64,000 nucleotides of DNA from Bdellovibrionales bacterium (GCA_965205645.1 OZ242172.1:463289-527288), one strand, 5' to 3'; positions 50,063 through 61,000 are shown, counted from the stretch's first letter. The notes: generated by a model not told the origin, from the letters alone. Numbers and translations: made by a program.

Positions 50063-50896
50063 ATGAACCCTTTAAACCCTAAAGTTTTGCAAAAAAGTAT
50101 GGAGAATTCCACTCAAATCCTTTGGGAAAAACTAGCTGAATATATACCAAATATCGTTGGAACGATTATTTTGTTAGTTGTGGGATATTTTATTTCAAAA
50201 CTGGTGGCCAAAATCTCTATCAAAACTTTAAGAATCCTTGGAATAGATAAAATCAGTGAAAAAATTGGTCTTCATAAAACACTTGAAAAGCTGGACATTC
50301 GGTTAAAATCCTCAGATCTTTTTGGCAAAATTTTCTTTTGGTTGATCATGTTGGTTTTTATTATTTCTGCTTCAGAAGCTCTCCATCTGGAGAAAATCAC
50401 AAAGACCATAGATGCTTTTGTTCTCTATTTGCCCAATATCATTGGTTCAGGCTTGATTTTCATTTTGGGACTTATGGCTGTTCATTTTTTAAAAAATGTT
50501 ATTGAAAGTTTCAGTGAGAAAATCGGCTTAGCATATGGAAAGATTTTAGCTACTGTAATTCATCTCATAGCGGTTGTGGTTGTCAGTGTCTTAGCTATTA
50601 ATCAACTGCAACTGGAAATGGAACTCATTAACCGCATTGTGGAAATTATACTCATCTCTGCCGGTGTTGTGATTGCACTGAGTTTGGGCCTGGGGACAAA
50701 AGATTTATCTAAAAATATTGTTTCCAGTTTATCTTTAAGAGAACAGATAAAACCAGGGGTTCATTTGGAAATTGAAAACATTAGTGGAACTGTCAAACAA
50801 GTTGGCATTGTAAACACTGTTGTTGAGCTCAGTGAAGGGACAAAAGTGCATATCCCAAATAGCATGCTGATATCCCATGTTTTCAAATCTAAATAA
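50063..50896 (+). CDS. Mechanosensitive channel, CmpX/TM-helix-repeat MscS type
   Basis: Two Y(I/L)PNI(V/I)G TM-helix repeats, ALSLGLG.KD..KNI, IPNS. Confidence 0.85.
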   Translation: MNPLNPKVLQKSMENSTQILWEKLAEYIPNIVGTIILLVVGYFISKLVAKISIKTLRILGIDKISEKIGLHKTLEKLDIRLKSSDLFGKIFFWLIMLVFIISASEALHLEKITKTIDAFVLYLPNIIGSGLIFILGLMAVHFLKNVIESFSEKIGLAYGKILATVIHLIAVVVVSVLAINQLQLEMELINRIVEIILISAGVVIALSLGLGTKDLSKNIVSSLSLREQIKPGVHLEIENISGTVKQVGIVNTVVELSEGTKVHIPNSMLISHVFKSK

Positions 50897-51566
50897 AATG
50901 TTTAGATTCTTAAATATTTCATAAAAAACATAGGTTTCAATTTAGTGAAGTAACCTGTAGGAGTGATTAAGAATCGCCGTTTTTAATCCAGATGTTAGTG
51001 AATTTATTATATCTGAATATTGATCTCCACTATCTTCATCGCAGTAAATTTTTTTGATCTCAGTTGGTAGAACTAAAATATTTTTTAAGTATCACGGCTT
51101 CATCAATTAATAATTCCAAGTCTTATCATTTCTCTTTCAAATTCAACTCTAATTCACTTGGGGCTATAAGGTGTTTTGCATTTCACAACATCGACTCTTT
51201 GCGAAAAGAAATAATTTACCAGACATAAAAAATGACCATTTCAGCTACAAAGTGTCGTACATTTCGAGCAATTTGAATATAAAAATAATGTATCAACCTC
51301 CTAAAAGTGGACAAAAATGACTTCTTATAAAGGGAGAGAGAAAAGCCTGAAAAACAGCCTTTTTTATGATTTTTCTTAAATTCTAAAGGAGGTAAATAAA
51401 ACAAAGAACCATGCATCCTTTCTCTCACCCCTCAGATCCATAATATCTGCGTAGTAGAATAATGTTTTTTCAAAAAAGCGCAGGTAGTTATTGTTGTAAT
51501 GTGCAGTTTTATATTTCATTGATTGTAATATACAAATAGTCTAAAATTTTATTAAGGACATCAATC

Positions 51567-52070
51567 ATGTCATACATTGAAAAAACATTAACAGATAATG
51601 AAAAGATTATTGCATTTAGAAGATCTCATTGGATATTATTAGTCTGGCCAATTGTTTTATTTACCTTTTTTATATCTATATCATTATTTTTGCTGTATCT
51701 ATTCAGGAATCTTCCCGCTGATTTTGTCATTCCCTATGAAGGTATTAAAATTGCTATTTTTATAATTATTGCCTTGTTCTTAATCTTCATTGTGACAACT
51801 ATATTTACATATTTAATAAAATATATATCTACTGAATATGTGATAACAAATAAAAGAATTATTTTTAAAACAGGCTTTATTTGGACAAATACAGATGAAC
51901 TAAGAAACTCTCAACTGGAGAATATACAAATTAAGCAATCTATAATGGGGAGAATACTCCTTTATGGTGATTTAGAATTCAGAGGCACTGGTGGGTCTCC
52001 AGTTATTTTTAAAACTATATCTAATCCTATTGCATTTAAAAAAGAGATAGAAAATCATCTTTATAATTAG
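51567..52070 (+). CDS. Bacterial PH-domain membrane protein
   Basis: MSYIE..L...EKII, TEYVITNKRIIFKTG, QSIMGRILLYG. Confidence 0.88.
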   Translation: MSYIEKTLTDNEKIIAFRRSHWILLVWPIVLFTFFISISLFLLYLFRNLPADFVIPYEGIKIAIFIIIALFLIFIVTTIFTYLIKYISTEYVITNKRIIFKTGFIWTNTDELRNSQLENIQIKQSIMGRILLYGDLEFRGTGGSPVIFKTISNPIAFKKEIENHLYN

Positions 52071-52110
52071 GTTTTCCTGTCTTACCTTCTCAATTCCATA
52101 TAGATTTTCA

Positions 52111-53088
52111 TTAAAGCCAGTAGGCATTTGAACAAGACATTTGCTCCACGGAAAAACCTGCTTCTTTTAGCATATCGATTAAGTTAAAAGGTCCAATAAA
52201 ATGAGCTACTCCAACTGCAACAAAAATATTATTATAATTATTATATGCTGATAGAAATTTAGCCATCCATTTCTCATTACGATCTTTTAAGGCATGTTCA
52301 TAAAATTCTCCTTCCATATCTTCACTAAATAACCATTTACCCTGTTTATATTTATTAAGACTGTTTTCAATATTTGCGAGACATTGAGGATAATTTTGAA
52401 TTGATTCTACTACATCTTCTTTTGTGGTAGAATCAATTAAAGGCTTTATAGCATTCGGAGTATCTAAAGCTTTTACTGGTATTCCTTTAGATTGAGCTGC
52501 TACTTCCACTTGTTTGTCCATCATTGTATGAAGAGCTGCCGAGCCTAATGTTTCTTTAATACACATTACTTCCAAAACAGTTATGTAGACGAGAAAACTT
52601 AAATTCTCAGGAAGACCCTTTGTAGTTAAGAATAGTTGACTATTAGAATTCAACTGGTTGAAGTTTTCGTTATTAGGAGAAAATTTTCCTTCGTATGGTT
52701 GTTCCGTTTTTTCACTAAGAATTGTTTCAGTAAAACATAGATCACTATTGTCTAACTTATCAATGACGGTGTACGAACAAGGTAAGTCCAATAGAGAAAC
52801 ACCGACATGTATAGTGCCTAACCAATAAGATACTTTTCCTTGTTTTTCTACCTTCCAGAAGTAATATGGTTGTCCTTGTTCTACGTTTGTTTCATTTGGT
52901 TGTTTCGTATCATCTGCTTGTGTTTTGGATGTATTGGGGCCACAAGAAACAAATAAAATAAGAAATAAAGAAACAAATGAAGTGGCTAAAATATTTAAAA
53001 TGAATTGTTTTTCTTGCATCAATGAAGATTGAATCCTTTTTTGGTAAAAACTAGCAAAACAAGTTTGTGAATATCTGTTGATGCACAA
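52111..53088 (-). CDS. TraB/GumN family lipoprotein
   Basis: FWKVEK..SYWLGTIHVG, MD, DRNEKW, FVAVGVAHF.G; lipobox FVSC. Confidence 0.88.
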   Translation of the reverse strand: MCINRYSQTCFASFYQKRIQSSLMQEKQFILNILATSFVSLFLILFVSCGPNTSKTQADDTKQPNETNVEQGQPYYFWKVEKQGKVSYWLGTIHVGVSLLDLPCSYTVIDKLDNSDLCFTETILSEKTEQPYEGKFSPNNENFNQLNSNSQLFLTTKGLPENLSFLVYITVLEVMCIKETLGSAALHTMMDKQVEVAAQSKGIPVKALDTPNAIKPLIDSTTKEDVVESIQNYPQCLANIENSLNKYKQGKWLFSEDMEGEFYEHALKDRNEKWMAKFLSAYNNYNNIFVAVGVAHFIGPFNLIDMLKEAGFSVEQMSCSNAYWL

Positions 53089-53287
53089 CCTTTGTCAAGG
53101 TGAAATTGTTATATATTTTCAATTGCAGGTTTAATTTATTTATGTGTACAGATTAAAAATATTCTAGTTAAAGACTCAAAGAATAATTCAGTAATGCTAC
53201 AGCTGTAGCTATTAGTAATAGTATTTAGATTTGTTTGATAAAAAATTAATATTGACATGTTTTATATTTTTTTAAATAATTTTTATT

Positions 53288-53725
53288 ATGAAGTGTCAGT
53301 TTAGTGTACTTTTTACACTCATTTTTTGCAGTCTTTTAGGTTGTGGGATTCGTGGTGAAATCGTACCTATTCAGACTAAACATTCTTATGAAGGAGAATT
53401 TAAGTTTACTGAATATTCTCATGCTATCATTACGCTTTATGCTGAAGAATCATCAGAGAACAATGCTACGGTTAGTACTCATAGAATCGATTCTGTAGCA
53501 GAGTTTCCAATATATTTTTCTATTCCTTTTCCAAGTGGCGTGGATATAGACAAATTAAGAATATCGGCTAAAGTAATCAGCGGAAAAGGTGACGAAACAC
53601 AAGAAGGTGATTTTGTGACAGAGACGGTAACTTCTGTGAATAGATGGACTTCTAATAGGGTAGAGGTGGTTGGTATCGAGAGTTGTGATGCGCCTAATAC
53701 GGGTGGTTTTTGTAGTGGTAATTAA
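53288..53725 (+). CDS. YbaY-like lipoprotein
   Basis: Lipobox LLGC; FPIYFSI..., ISAKV. Confidence 0.55.
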   Translation: MKCQFSVLFTLIFCSLLGCGIRGEIVPIQTKHSYEGEFKFTEYSHAIITLYAEESSENNATVSTHRIDSVAEFPIYFSIPFPSGVDIDKLRISAKVISGKGDETQEGDFVTETVTSVNRWTSNRVEVVGIESCDAPNTGGFCSGN

Positions 53726-53821
53726 CCTCGTTAAGCTGCAAATTGATTGAGTATTCAGATATCAACAGTGAACACATAATCATTTTACTAGATTGATCCA
53801 GGCTGGTGTAACCAGTTGTTT

Positions 53822-54415
53822 TTATTTCACTCTGGAAAAGACTTCGTAAACTTTTTCATCTTTTTTACAAGAAGATGGAGGTTTTAAAGTATTGGCAGGC
53901 ACTTGGAAAGATACAGTGCTTTTTCCTTTTGGTGAAGGAGGAAGAAGGGGATATTGACGAGGTGGTGTATGCGTAGATAATTGAAAATATAAGGTATTTC
54001 CAACCAGGTGAAATTTTTGACTAATATTTTTTTCTTTATTTTTTGGTAATATCACTTCTTTTAGTAATTTTGACATGGATATAGGAAAGTTATTATTTTT
54101 ATCACAATCAACATTTGAAGAAACAATTTTAGTGTTGATTATGGATTTTGTTACAGTATAAGAGCCATTAGCTGTAATATTACAGGTAGGTAGACCTTTT
54201 TTGCCTGGAATTTTTCCTTTTGTAATGTAAGTATTATCCGCTCTAAATATTTTTCTTTTGGCCTTCAGAGATCTTTTAAGATTTGGGACTGGCCTGTAAT
54301 TAGTACCACAAGCAAATCCTGTATGTTTCCATGTTCCGATGAGTGTAGTGGTAAATATTTTTAATGAAAAAAGCATGGAAACTGTAAAAAAACCAATCGT
54401 GAAATATTTTTTCAT
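53822..54415 (-). CDS. Secreted lipocalin-like beta-barrel protein
   Basis: LIGTWK, F.ADNTY, GSYTV. Confidence 0.55.
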   Translation of the reverse strand: MKKYFTIGFFTVSMLFSLKIFTTTLIGTWKHTGFACGTNYRPVPNLKRSLKAKRKIFRADNTYITKGKIPGKKGLPTCNITANGSYTVTKSIINTKIVSSNVDCDKNNNFPISMSKLLKEVILPKNKEKNISQKFHLVGNTLYFQLSTHTPPRQYPLLPPSPKGKSTVSFQVPANTLKPPSSCKKDEKVYEVFSRVK

Positions 54416-54611
54416 AGAGTTTCTCTTTTTTTCAGTATCGGAATATTATAACCTTTTGTACAATTTAATGTTTCTTTATAGGAAAAAATATATAATTAGG
54501 CTTTATTCAGAATGAAATTCTCAATAAATGACAGTGGGATAAAAATTATTTTGAAATCTTTGATAATTACAAAGGTAAGGTAAGGAAAAATAATTATAAG
54601 AAAGTTACTAA

Positions 54612-55167
54612 TCAGTAGATATCTCGCAAGCGTATACCCCATTCCATATATCTCAATGCTGATTGAGGGTTTTCCATTTGTTCTGATTCTGTTTTGGTTT
54701 CTTGTGGTTGTTGATCTTGATGTGGTTGCTATAACTTTTGCTGTATCTCTTGTTCTACATTTTGTTGTTCTTGGTATGAATTATCTAGTGGTTCTAATTT
54801 GTTGCGATGAATTCCGTTCATGATCATCTTCATATAAAGCAATTGTTTGTATTAAATGTTCCTTTACTGATTGACTAGCATTACTAAAATTATGTCTTAT
54901 ACCAGTTAGTTTTCCTGATTGATGTGTAAGGATGTGCATGGCTGTTTTCCTACATTGTTCTTGGTTTTCTTGGTTTGCACAAGTCTCTTTAATTACGTTA
55001 TTGAATGTTAATAACATTTCTAATAGTGTTATAGTATCATTTTCACATTGTTCTGGATTTTTTTTGTTTGCACATTCTTTTTTAATAAATCCTGATGGTT
55101 TTACTGTAGCTGCCATTGACCAAGCGAATTGAGAGAAAATGAAAACAAAAATCCATATATATTTCAT
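54612..55167 (-). pseudogene. Secreted protein gene with frameshifted Gln-rich tail
   Basis: ORF 54781-55197 (MKYIWIF...); alternative frame continues LDNSYQEQQNVEQEIQQKL*QPHQDQQPQE...LRDIY*. Confidence 0.45.
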
Positions 55168-55455
55168 AAATTTGTTCCTTTTATTATATAATATCATAAT
55201 GTATTTTCTTCAAGCTTATAAGCCAAATAGGGAATAATATATATATATTTTCTATTTTTGTAAAAATTACATATATATTCTAATTGTAAACTGTCCTTGC
55301 CTTCTAAAATGTGATTACTTTTTAAACAAAAGGGTGTCAAGTGCAAAAGTTATTTCAAAAATAAATACAATTTAAATCGGTTGGCATATTCATAGAAGAA
55401 GTCTCAAAATGATATAGAACTGGAATGATCTATTTTTGTTCTGAATGAGGTGGTT

Positions 55456-55797
55456 TTATTGTTTTAATAACTGTCCTGTTTTTGTGTTTAAACAATTATG
55501 GACTTTTGTATGTGATGCCGTTGATGTTTTGCAATCTTTTGCTGCGTTCTTGTATGCTTCTTTTAGATCTTGTCCTTCTCCTGTTGAAAAAGCTACATCT
55601 AAAACTTGACCATTTTTATCTGTTATGTCACATGCACAAACTACAGTAACAAAATTAATTTTTTGCAAAAGATCATTATATTTTTCTTGCAATAAGTTAT
55701 AATTTTTTTGCAGTTCAATAAGTTCTGCTTTTGATTCAGTATTTTTTGCTAGAACCATTTGAGTGACTAATAATAATAAAATTAAAATATATTTCAT
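55456..55797 (-). CDS. Hypothetical secreted protein
   Basis: Signal peptide MKYILILLLLVTQMVLA, coiled coil, 4 Cys. Confidence 0.65.
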   Translation of the reverse strand: MKYILILLLLVTQMVLAKNTESKAELIELQKNYNLLQEKYNDLLQKINFVTVVCACDITDKNGQVLDVAFSTGEGQDLKEAYKNAAKDCKTSTASHTKVHNCLNTKTGQLLKQ

Positions 55798-56074
55798 TGG
55801 TTACATTCCTTTTATAGTTAAAACAGGAGTTTGAATTATTTAGGATTGGTGTATATCAATTTTAAAAATTGAGCAATAAAAATGTTTACATGACTCAGTT
55901 CATAATATATTATTGTTTCATAATAGAAATGTTTCATTGATCTGTATAATTTTTTTAAATTCATAAAATATGAAACGTCTTCAGCGCATTTTTAGGATTA
56001 TTGAGTGCTCCCTATGTTGTTTTTTGCTTGTATAAATTATTTCATAATAAAATAATTCAGATAGGAATCTCACT

Positions 56075-56647
56075 GTGGAAAAAATTAAAGTTATTTTCTT
56101 CTTTATGTTGATATTTTTAGTCAGTTGTGTGGAAGAAAAACCGGATATTTTTGTGACTCAGCATAATCTTTCATCCACTGTTACTTTTGATTTTACGAAG
56201 GATTATTCTACGAAAGTAGGTACAATAACTTTTTTAAATAAAGAAAATAAAAATAAAAAATGGCGTCTTATATATCATGCTCCTCTTGCTTGTTTATATA
56301 ATAAAAAGACAAAAAAATGTGACAAACAGGCAGGAATGCCCTTAGTATTTGATAATTCAGATTCGGAAGAAGTCGATTCTGTATTTTGGGGATTATTAGA
56401 TTCAGCGACTTTTTATACTCCAGTAAAGTCTTATGGTTCCACTCAAGTAACTGTTTCCATTAATTTAAACTCTTATCCTCAGCCAAGAAAATTAATACAG
56501 TACATAATTAAAAATCATGAAGATTTGGAATATCACATTTTTATTCGTTCAGGTGCTGTGTTATCTCCAGATATGTCAGGCACTCCTGATTTTATTATTC
56601 GATCCATTAAGGTAATACCTTGTAAACACTCTAGTGTTTGCCAATGA
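56075..56647 (+). CDS. Hypothetical lipoprotein
   Basis: Lipobox LVSC. Confidence 0.65.
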   Translation: MEKIKVIFFFMLIFLVSCVEEKPDIFVTQHNLSSTVTFDFTKDYSTKVGTITFLNKENKNKKWRLIYHAPLACLYNKKTKKCDKQAGMPLVFDNSDSEEVDSVFWGLLDSATFYTPVKSYGSTQVTVSINLNSYPQPRKLIQYIIKNHEDLEYHIFIRSGAVLSPDMSGTPDFIIRSIKVIPCKHSSVCQ

Positions 56648-56775
56648 AAAAATTATAACTGTCTAATTTATAATCATTCTTCACAGCCAGTATTAGGTTT
56701 ATCTTTTAGATGTAAGTGGTAGGGTATATTATGAATTTTCTTAAAAAAATATCATTGTATTTTAATATAGCCATT

Positions 56776-57990
56776 TTATAAGCTCTCCTTATACTTCTGA
56801 TACCAATATCTTGCCATATTCAGATCTTTTTCAACTCCTTCACCTTTAGTATACATAAGAATCAAATTGTATTGAGCTGTCGCAAGACCTTGTTCAGCTG
56901 CTCTTGTCCACAATTGAGAAGCTTTTTGAGGGTCTTTGTTAACTCTTTCGCCTTTGAAATACATATCTCCTAAATAGTATTGAGCAAGGAGGTAATCTTG
57001 TTCAGCTGCTTTTGTCCACCATTCAAAAGCTTTTTGTAAATTTCGTCTAATTTTTTTTTCATGATAATACATATAAGCTAAATTGTGTTGGGCAGGGGCA
57101 TTACCCTGCTTAGCTGCTCTAGTTGTCCACTGAATAGCTTTTTGGAGATTTTTTTCAACCCCACCTTTTCCATAAAAATACATCATACCCAGATGATATT
57201 GAGCGACAGAGGAGCCTTGTTTCGCGAGCTCTTGAAGATTTTTTATTTCTTCCTTTATGCATTTTTTTACACTGATAAAGGTAGAACAATTTAAACCTGT
57301 AGCCCCTGTAATAAACTTTTTTAAATAATCTAAAGCTAATGAGAATAATATATTTTCAGCCGCTCGGGAAACTACACCTACAACATTTCCTGTTTTATCG
57401 AGAACTGGGCTGCCACTTATTCCAGGAAAAAAGGAATGGTTAATGGCAAAATAGTAAAAGTTATATTCCGAAAAGAAAATGTTTCCTATTTTTTTCATTT
57501 GTTTAAAATCCCCCTCAGGATACCCTAATACAAAAAGAGTTTCTTTTGCATTTAACACATTATTCCTTAGGGTTAAATAATGATTTACAGAGTACTCTGT
57601 TTCAATAAAAGTCAAATCATGCAAGGCTGATAATGAAAGCACCTTCTTTATCTTTAAGACAACAGGATTTTCCTTTTGCGATAAAGTGATGTCTGTCATG
57701 TTGTGATCCTGTAGCATAGAGGATATAATATGAAGATTAGTTACAAAAAGTCTTGGCCCTACAAAAAAACCTGTTCCTGAAATCGGAGGGATTTCTATTT
57801 TCCATATAGACTGTTTAGCAGACTGAATAGTAGAAGATGTTTTAGAAGTTATTATAAACTCTATATCAAAACGGTAGAAGATAAAAATAGAAAAACTTAG
57901 AACAAGCAAAACAACAAATGTGTGAACTAGGTTAACAGAGTATGAATTCTTAGACAGTTTTTTCTTTGTGCTCTTCAAAACCATATACAT
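56776..57990 (-). CDS. Trypsin-like serine protease fused to Sel1 repeats
   Basis: SGTGFF, TNLH, DL, GYP, PGISGSP; four AQY.LG.MY..G.GV.K...KA..W..AA.QG repeats. Confidence 0.92.
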   Translation of the reverse strand: MYMVLKSTKKKLSKNSYSVNLVHTFVVLLVLSFSIFIFYRFDIEFIITSKTSSTIQSAKQSIWKIEIPPISGTGFFVGPRLFVTNLHIISSMLQDHNMTDITLSQKENPVVLKIKKVLSLSALHDLTFIETEYSVNHYLTLRNNVLNAKETLFVLGYPEGDFKQMKKIGNIFFSEYNFYYFAINHSFFPGISGSPVLDKTGNVVGVVSRAAENILFSLALDYLKKFITGATGLNCSTFISVKKCIKEEIKNLQELAKQGSSVAQYHLGMMYFYGKGGVEKNLQKAIQWTTRAAKQGNAPAQHNLAYMYYHEKKIRRNLQKAFEWWTKAAEQDYLLAQYYLGDMYFKGERVNKDPQKASQLWTRAAEQGLATAQYNLILMYTKGEGVEKDLNMARYWYQKYKESL

Positions 57991-58172
57991 ACTTCCTGTG
58001 ATTGAAATGTGCTCATTTTATTTATTATTTATTTTCCGGTTAAATGTTATTGCTACGAATCATCTTTGTAAAACTTTTTTTGTCATTTCGATGCACCAAA
58101 GGTTGTGCCTATGGTGCCAGTCGCCCAAGGAAAAACTAGAGTCCTTGGGTAAAAAGGCAATAATCCAGCAGA

Positions 58173-59184
58173 ATCAACAACAACCAGTCACAATTTAATC
58201 TCCGCACAACCCGCAGTGTCCCGTTATGTTCTGGACAACCACCTCCAAGTGTGAAAAATATACAAAGTTAGGAGTAATATTTATTACTTCCAAGTTTTGT
58301 TATTGATTATTTTGTAATTTGATAGGAATTTTCTATTTATTACAATTGATGAGGCATAAGGCAACTAAGAGGTTGTTTCATTAATATAATTTTTTTACGG
58401 AAGTACTTATGAAACATGTAAAATATATATTGATTGTTTTTAGTATTTTTTTATTTGGTTGTTTGTCTGAGGAATAAATAAAAGCTCGGCAAGAAAATGC
58501 TTTTGATATAGAAGGCGCCTATAAAACTACTGAGGATTCAGAAGTTCAATTGAATTTTACAATTACCAATCAGAATGCAAAACATGATATTTTTGTGCAA
58601 TTGGATCGCATTAGTTCTTTTACAGATGAGGAAAGAGAATTTTTATCTGAAGTGGCAAAAGATCATGGAGTATCAGTTGAGATCTTAATAGCACAACCTT
58701 TTCCTACAACTTTTGGAGAAGAATCTAGTTTATTTTATCATTTAATAGACGGTGGAGAAAATATTTCCGATAATTTTGGAAAAACAAGTAAATTTAATGT
58801 TTGCTCTGATAATCCGCCTGAATATAAAAGTAAAAAAGTTATAAAAAATATAAAGGTTAAAATATTATATTGTTTTTCAGGAACTATAAAAAAAGAAAAT
58901 AAAAATCTTATTGAAGAAGGGAAGTTATCTATGAAAGTCTCTTACAGTTATAGTACAGATAAAGAGATTGGAGTTTCATTTCATGATAAAGAGATAGAAT
59001 TAAATTATAAAGCCGAAAAAAATTAATTCTGTTAATTAATGCAGTTAATTATAGTTGGACATATTAAGATAAAAATGAATATTTCGGTTTGTAGGATCAA
59101 CAACAACCAGTCACAACTTCATCCCTGTACAGCCCATAGTGTCTCGTTATGTTCTGGACAACTATCTCCAATTATGAAGAATAT
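58173..59184. repeat. 89-bp imperfect direct repeat (58173-58261 and 59096-59184)
   Basis: Ungapped hand alignment, 14 mismatches; cores atcaacaacaaccagtcacaa and cgttatgttctggacaac identical. Confidence 0.85.
58409..59026 (+). pseudogene. Lipoprotein gene interrupted by an in-frame TAA at 58475
   Basis: MKHVKYILIVFSIFLFGCLSEE*IKARQENAFDIEGAY... continues in frame into ORF 58550-59026. Confidence 0.75.
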
Positions 59185-59248
59185 GTGGAAAGTAGAGTAT
59201 TGTTAATTAAAGAAAAATTGAGGTGAAAAAAGGGGGAGGGATGCATTT

Positions 59249-59680
59249 ATGGCAAAATCAGCGGAGTTAAATCATGCAGAATTAAATCATATTGTGTTTT
59301 ACACTTCAAAATTATCTGAAACAATTTACTTCTGGGATTCTATACTAGGGTTAAAAAACAGAGGTAATAAGGACAGCCCCAATTATAAAGTTGGTGAATT
59401 TACGATTATGTTTCTCTATTCGGAAAAAACTCCTAAAGATTATTCTCATACTATTGGGCACTTCGGTTTTGAATTATCATCACAAAAAGAAATTAACAAT
59501 TTATATGAAGGTATACACAAAAAGCTAAATATTAAAAAACCTATTGGTGGTGGTTCAAATGGGCCTTATAGGTTTTATATTAAAGATCCTAATCAAATAC
59601 TTCTGGAGTTTGAAACATGGGAAGGCTGTGATAGTCAGTGGAAAAATAGAAACTTTGATTCCTTATTTTTTACAAAATAG
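59249..59680 (+). CDS. VOC/glyoxalase family protein
   Basis: LNHIV, FW..ILGL, GHFGF, FYIKDP...LE. Confidence 0.88.
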   Translation: MAKSAELNHAELNHIVFYTSKLSETIYFWDSILGLKNRGNKDSPNYKVGEFTIMFLYSEKTPKDYSHTIGHFGFELSSQKEINNLYEGIHKKLNIKKPIGGGSNGPYRFYIKDPNQILLEFETWEGCDSQWKNRNFDSLFFTK

Positions 59681-59920
59681 TACGCTACAAAAAGATTTTA
59701 CTTACTCTACTAAGGATTTTTTATATTCTTATTTTAATATTTGATTGGCTGCTTTCGTCCACAATTTAGAAGCTTTTTTTGGAAAAGAGACTCACACAAA
59801 TATTCGTGAAATTTCTATTCTGCGTCATGATTCCAACAATCCAGATTGTCGTGATCATGAAACATATATAGAAAATCAGGAATGCTTGAGTAATTGTGAA
59901 CTGAAATATATACTATAGAA

Positions 59921-61000
59921 ATGCCTATAAATAAGCGACATTATTTATTACATCCTTTAATAGATTTTCTCATGATTGGAGGTTTATCCATCCTCCTTTT
60001 TGTTTCCTTTTTTATATTAGCGCCGGAAACAACAAATACCAATAAGCTAGGATGGATTGTATTTTATTTAGCCTTTTTTGTGAATTTCCCTCACTTTTTA
60101 ATTTCTTATCAGTTTTTATACATTGATAATAAAAAACGTCTTTTGAAGGATTGGCGTTCTTTTGTTGCCGCCTTTATTGTTCCAGGGATACTTATTATCT
60201 ATGCGATATATGCCATACTTTATTCTTCAAACGAGTATCTTGGTTATATGGTAAACGCTATGTTTTTTCTTGTAGGGTGGCATTACATTAAACAGATCTG
60301 TGGTTGTGTCATTGTATCATCTGCTTTGAAAGAGTTTTATTTCTCTAAAGAAGAGAAATTCATGCTATTACTCAACGGGTTTGGTATATGGTTTATTTCC
60401 TATTTAGGCTCTAATCAAACTATTGTCGAACACATATTCTTTGATATTTCCTATAAAACTTTTGCCTTTCCAGCTATCACACTTAAAGCCGCTTACTTTA
60501 TTACCATTTTCTCTTTAGTGTACCTAACTTGGCAAATGTTAAAGAAATATATTCAGGAAGGAAAATGTATTCCTCTAAACAGCGTGGCCGCTTTTACAAC
60601 TTTATATATATGGCATATCCCTACTTTGTTTCACCCCGCTTTTTTTCTGATGATTCCTTTTTTTCATTCTTTGCAATATTTATTATTCGCCTTTGCTTAC
60701 ACGAAAAACCGTTTTATCTCCCTTTCCCAATCTCCGGATCAAATAGAGCACAGAAAACGATTTCTACGGGGAGCAGGATTATACATCTTAGCCAGTTTTA
60801 TAATGGGTGGATTATTTTTCCATTTCATGCCTTTCTGGTTGGATAAAAATATTGTTTATGATGTAAAAATTTTTGGACCGCAGTTATTTATGTTTTCTTT
60901 TAATATATTTTTAAATATTCATCATTACTTCATTGATTTTGCTATCTGGAGAAGTAGTAATAATAATATTCGTAAATATCTTTTCAATACAAAATCTTGA
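59921..61000 (+). CDS. Multi-TM membrane protein with conserved His motifs (putative metalloenzyme)
   Basis: NFPHFLISY, GWHYIKQ, HSLQY, HHYFID...W. Confidence 0.7.
   Translation: MPINKRHYLLHPLIDFLMIGGLSILLFVSFFILAPETTNTNKLGWIVFYLAFFVNFPHFLISYQFLYIDNKKRLLKDWRSFVAAFIVPGILIIYAIYAILYSSNEYLGYMVNAMFFLVGWHYIKQICGCVIVSSALKEFYFSKEEKFMLLLNGFGIWFISYLGSNQTIVEHIFFDISYKTFAFPAITLKAAYFITIFSLVYLTWQMLKKYIQEGKCIPLNSVAAFTTLYIWHIPTLFHPAFFLMIPFFHSLQYLLFAFAYTKNRFISLSQSPDQIEHRKRFLRGAGLYILASFIMGGLFFHFMPFWLDKNIVYDVKIFGPQLFMFSFNIFLNIHHYFIDFAIWRSSNNNIRKYLFNTKS

Noticed and set aside
51055-51075. ctcagttggtaga as a tRNA fragment or att site
   Set aside because: Short D-arm-like match only; no acceptor or T-arm sequence nearby.
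58200-58240. 89-bp repeat as a dif/pdif or attC site
   Set aside because: Only 'ttatgtt' matches the XerD arm, the spacing is off, and the inverted-repeat structure needed for attC is weak.
58475-58477. Stop-codon reassignment explaining in-frame stops
   Set aside because: TAA, TAG and TGA all terminate conserved housekeeping genes normally in this window; pseudogenisation is simpler.
48000-61000. Integron cassette array or intact prophage
   Set aside because: Genes are in mixed orientation, no recurring attC-like sites are visible, the integrase is truncated and there are no phage structural genes.
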